From an uncultured Acidobacteriota bacterium (GTDB taxonomy: Bacteria > Acidobacteriota > Thermoanaerobaculia > Multivoradales > SZUA-115): DNA of 64,000 bases. The translations under genes were made by a program, and so were the position numbers. Numbering within the stretch: position 1 is the first letter of the stretch; every line of letters begins with the position of its first letter. The stretch is taken from positions 64,001 through 128,000 of the forward strand of contig CAWDVR010000003.1 of the NCBI GenBank assembly GCA_963805975.1. The letters are read 5' to 3'. Below, piece by piece: positions 61,726 to 64,000 of this stretch. The notes below the pieces were generated by a model, which saw only the letters and a list, made by a program, of their open reading frames with translations, searched no databases and was not told the DNA's origin.

Positions 61726-61741
61726 TGGCACCCGGCTTGCT
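61726..61741 (+). promoter_or_regulatory. Sigma54 -24/-12 promoter for the TonB-dependent receptor
   Basis: TGGCACCCGGCTTGCT, full consensus. Confidence 0.85.
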
Positions 61742-61962
61742 TGACCAGGTGGCAGCTAGCAGTTTAGACTCGGCGACTAACCCCTGTTGGAGCCGTTTGC
61801 CGGGAAGGAGGTGTCGCGCGAAATCTGGAGATCAGATAGTCTCGACAGCTCTCAAGACGGACAGTTTTCGAGAAATACCAGTTCGAAGTACCAGATCGCT
61901 CTTTCAGCCCCATCTGTTTGGGGCTATCAACCATCCTGATGGACTTAGGAGGTTTAATTCGC

Positions 61963-64000
61963 ATGGACAACGGTAACTTCTGGCGTAAAGCGCTCGTCTT
62001 CGCGGCGGTTCTGCTGCTGGGGACGGGTACGGCTTTCGCCCAGCTGCAGACCGGCAACCTGTACGGCAACACGACCGACAATCAGGGGCAGGCGCTTCCG
62101 GGCGTCACCGTCACCCTGAGCGGTATCGGCGCCACCCAGGTGCAGGTCACCAACGCCGAGGGTCAGTTCCGCTTCCTCGGCCTCTCTCCCGGAAGCTGGG
62201 CGATCAAGGCCGAGCTCGAGGGCTTCTCGACGGTCGACTATCCGAACATCTCGATCGGCGTCGGCCGCAACACCACCATCGAGGTCACCCTCACCCCGGC
62301 CCTCGAAGAGGTGATCACCGTCACCTCCGAGAGCCCGCTCCTCGACGAGCGCAAGGTCTCGACGGGCACCACGGTCACTCAGACCGAGCTCGAGAAGATC
62401 CCCACCGCTCGTGACCCCTGGGTCATCCTGCAGCAGACCCCGGGCGTGCTCATCGACCGCGTCAACGTCGGCGGCAACGAGAGCGGCCAGCAGTCCACCT
62501 ACATCAGCCCCGGCACCAGCTCCAACAACTCGGTGTGGGCGGTGGACGGCGTGGTGATCACCGACATGGGCGCCATCGGCTCTTCGCCCACGTACTACAA
62601 CTTCGACGCCTTCGAGGAAATGCAGGTCACGACCGGCGGCACCGACGTCTCGCTGGCCACCGGCGGCGTCACCATGAACATGGTGACCAAGCGCGGTACC
62701 AACGAGTGGCGCTTCTCCGGCCGCTACCTGATGACCGACAAGGACTGGCAGTCCGACACGGATGCCGACTCCTCCGACTTCCCGGCCAACCAGCCCACGT
62801 TCCGTTCCGGCAACCGCATCCAGTCGGTGGACGACTACGGCGCCGAGGTCGGCGGCCCGATCGTCAAGGATCGCCTGTGGATCTGGGGCACCTACGGCGT
62901 GCAGGAGATCGACCTCCGCACTCCGATCACCGCGCTGCGCCCGGACGGCGACAAGGACTTCACCGAGCTCGAGAGCTACGGCGTGAAGCTCAACGCCCAG
63001 GTGACCTCGAACAACTCGCTGACCGGCTTCTACCAGTTCGGCGACAAGATCAAGATCGGCCGCAACGCCAGCCCGTTCCGCCCCGGCCCCACGACTTGGG
63101 ACCAGAGCGGCGGCACCCCGATCTACAAGGTGGAAGACACCCACATCTTCAACTCGAACTTCTACCTCACCGGCATGTGGTCGCAGGTGGATGGCGGCTT
63201 CCAGCTCATCCCCCAGGGCGGCGGCATCGGTGACGCGAGCTTCCCGAACGTCTACCGCAACTTCGGTAGCGTCTGGCAGAACAGCTTCCAGGAGTACATT
63301 ACGGACCGTCCGCAGGAGCAGTTGAAGCTCGACGGCAACTACTTCTTCAACACCGGCGCGGCCAGCCACGAGCTGCGTTTCGGCGTTGGCAAGCGCGAGG
63401 CTGACGTCGACTCGCTGTCGACTTGGCCGGGCACCCAGCTCGTCGCTCTCCAAGACTCCGGCGGCTTCGCCTGGAGCGCCACGATCCGTGACGTGTCCGA
63501 CACGGTCGAGTACACCAGTGCCTACGTGCAGGACACGCTGACCTTCGGCAACTTCACCGCCAACGTCGGTCTGCGCTACGACCTCCAGGAAGGCACCAAC
63601 AACCCCGGCAGCATCCCGGCTGCTCCGGTCAACCGCGGCGTGCTGCTCGGTGGCACCTTCGCCGGCACCGACGCGCCGTTCGAGTGGTCGGACGTCACCC
63701 CGCGCCTGGGCTTGACCTATGCGCTCGGTGAGGACCGCTCCACGCTTCTGCGCCTCTCGTACTCCCAGTTCGCCGACCAGTTGAGCTCGAGCACGGTCTC
63801 CTTCAGCAATCCGACCAACTACCAGTACGGTTACTTCTATTGGACCGACACCGACGGCGACGGCCTGCTCGAGGAGTCGGAAGTTCCCGACCAGTTCGAC
63901 TTCACCGGTGGCGCCATCGATCCTTCGCGTCCCGGCGAGCTGGTGCTGCGCAACCTGACCGATTCGGGCCTCAAGGCGCCGACCACCGACGAGCTGGTGC
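61963..64000 (+). CDS. Oar-like TonB-dependent receptor (5' part; runs off the window)
   Basis: Not in ORF track. AGGAGG RBS; MDNGNFWRKALVFAAVLLLGTGTAFAQLQTGNLYG...LPGVTVTL...IPTARDPW...TGGVTMNMVTKRGTN. Confidence 0.93.
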   Translation, partial: MDNGNFWRKALVFAAVLLLGTGTAFAQLQTGNLYGNTTDNQGQALPGVTVTLSGIGATQVQVTNAEGQFRFLGLSPGSWAIKAELEGFSTVDYPNISIGVGRNTTIEVTLTPALEEVITVTSESPLLDERKVSTGTTVTQTELEKIPTARDPWVILQQTPGVLIDRVNVGGNESGQQSTYISPGTSSNNSVWAVDGVVITDMGAIGSSPTYYNFDAFEEMQVTTGGTDVSLATGGVTMNMVTKRGTNEWRFSGRYLMTDKDWQSDTDADSSDFPANQPTFRSGNRIQSVDDYGAEVGGPIVKDRLWIWGTYGVQEIDLRTPITALRPDGDKDFTELESYGVKLNAQVTSNNSLTGFYQFGDKIKIGRNASPFRPGPTTWDQSGGTPIYKVEDTHIFNSNFYLTGMWSQVDGGFQLIPQGGGIGDASFPNVYRNFGSVWQNSFQEYITDRPQEQLKLDGNYFFNTGAASHELRFGVGKREADVDSLSTWPGTQLVALQDSGGFAWSATIRDVSDTVEYTSAYVQDTLTFGNFTANVGLRYDLQEGTNNPGSIPAAPVNRGVLLGGTFAGTDAPFEWSDVTPRLGLTYALGEDRSTLLRLSYSQFADQLSSSTVSFSNPTNYQYGYFYWTDTDGDGLLEESEVPDQFDFTGGAIDPSRPGELVLRNLTDSGLKAPTTDELV

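Overview
High-GC (~70% by eye) chromosomal window with about 57 protein-coding genes. The gene content (Oar-like TonB receptors, acidobacterial VWFA proteins, CRTAC1/ASPIC, many TPR proteins) suggests Acidobacteriota, possibly Thermoanaerobaculia; this is inference. No rRNA, tRNA, CRISPR, transposase or prophage is visible. The left end holds a Pil/Chp-type chemosensory operon (PilG-, DUF4388-, PilH-, CheW- and PilJ-like). It is headed by an intact M16 zinc peptidase and a 51-aa ORF missing from the ORF track, and it lies behind a sigma54 -24/-12 promoter. A divergent NtrB/NtrC-type pair is the likely activator: related palindromic enhancer pairs sit at both ends of that pair. Five sigma54 promoter motifs, two ECF-like promoters and several leaderless promoters can be read directly from the DNA. 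Other content: lepA-crp-CDGSH, ettA, hemW, rlmI, three vapBC modules, a minimal matrixin with a co-encoded secreted partner, an RDD/SpoIIM/DUF4129/DUF4350/MoxR/DUF58 operon, a TPR-CRTAC1-TPR locus, a VWFA-VWFA-GT-C-transglutaminase-TBDR envelope cluster, one frameshifted orphan gene and several REP-like repeats. Family calls come from motif recognition only; no searches were run.
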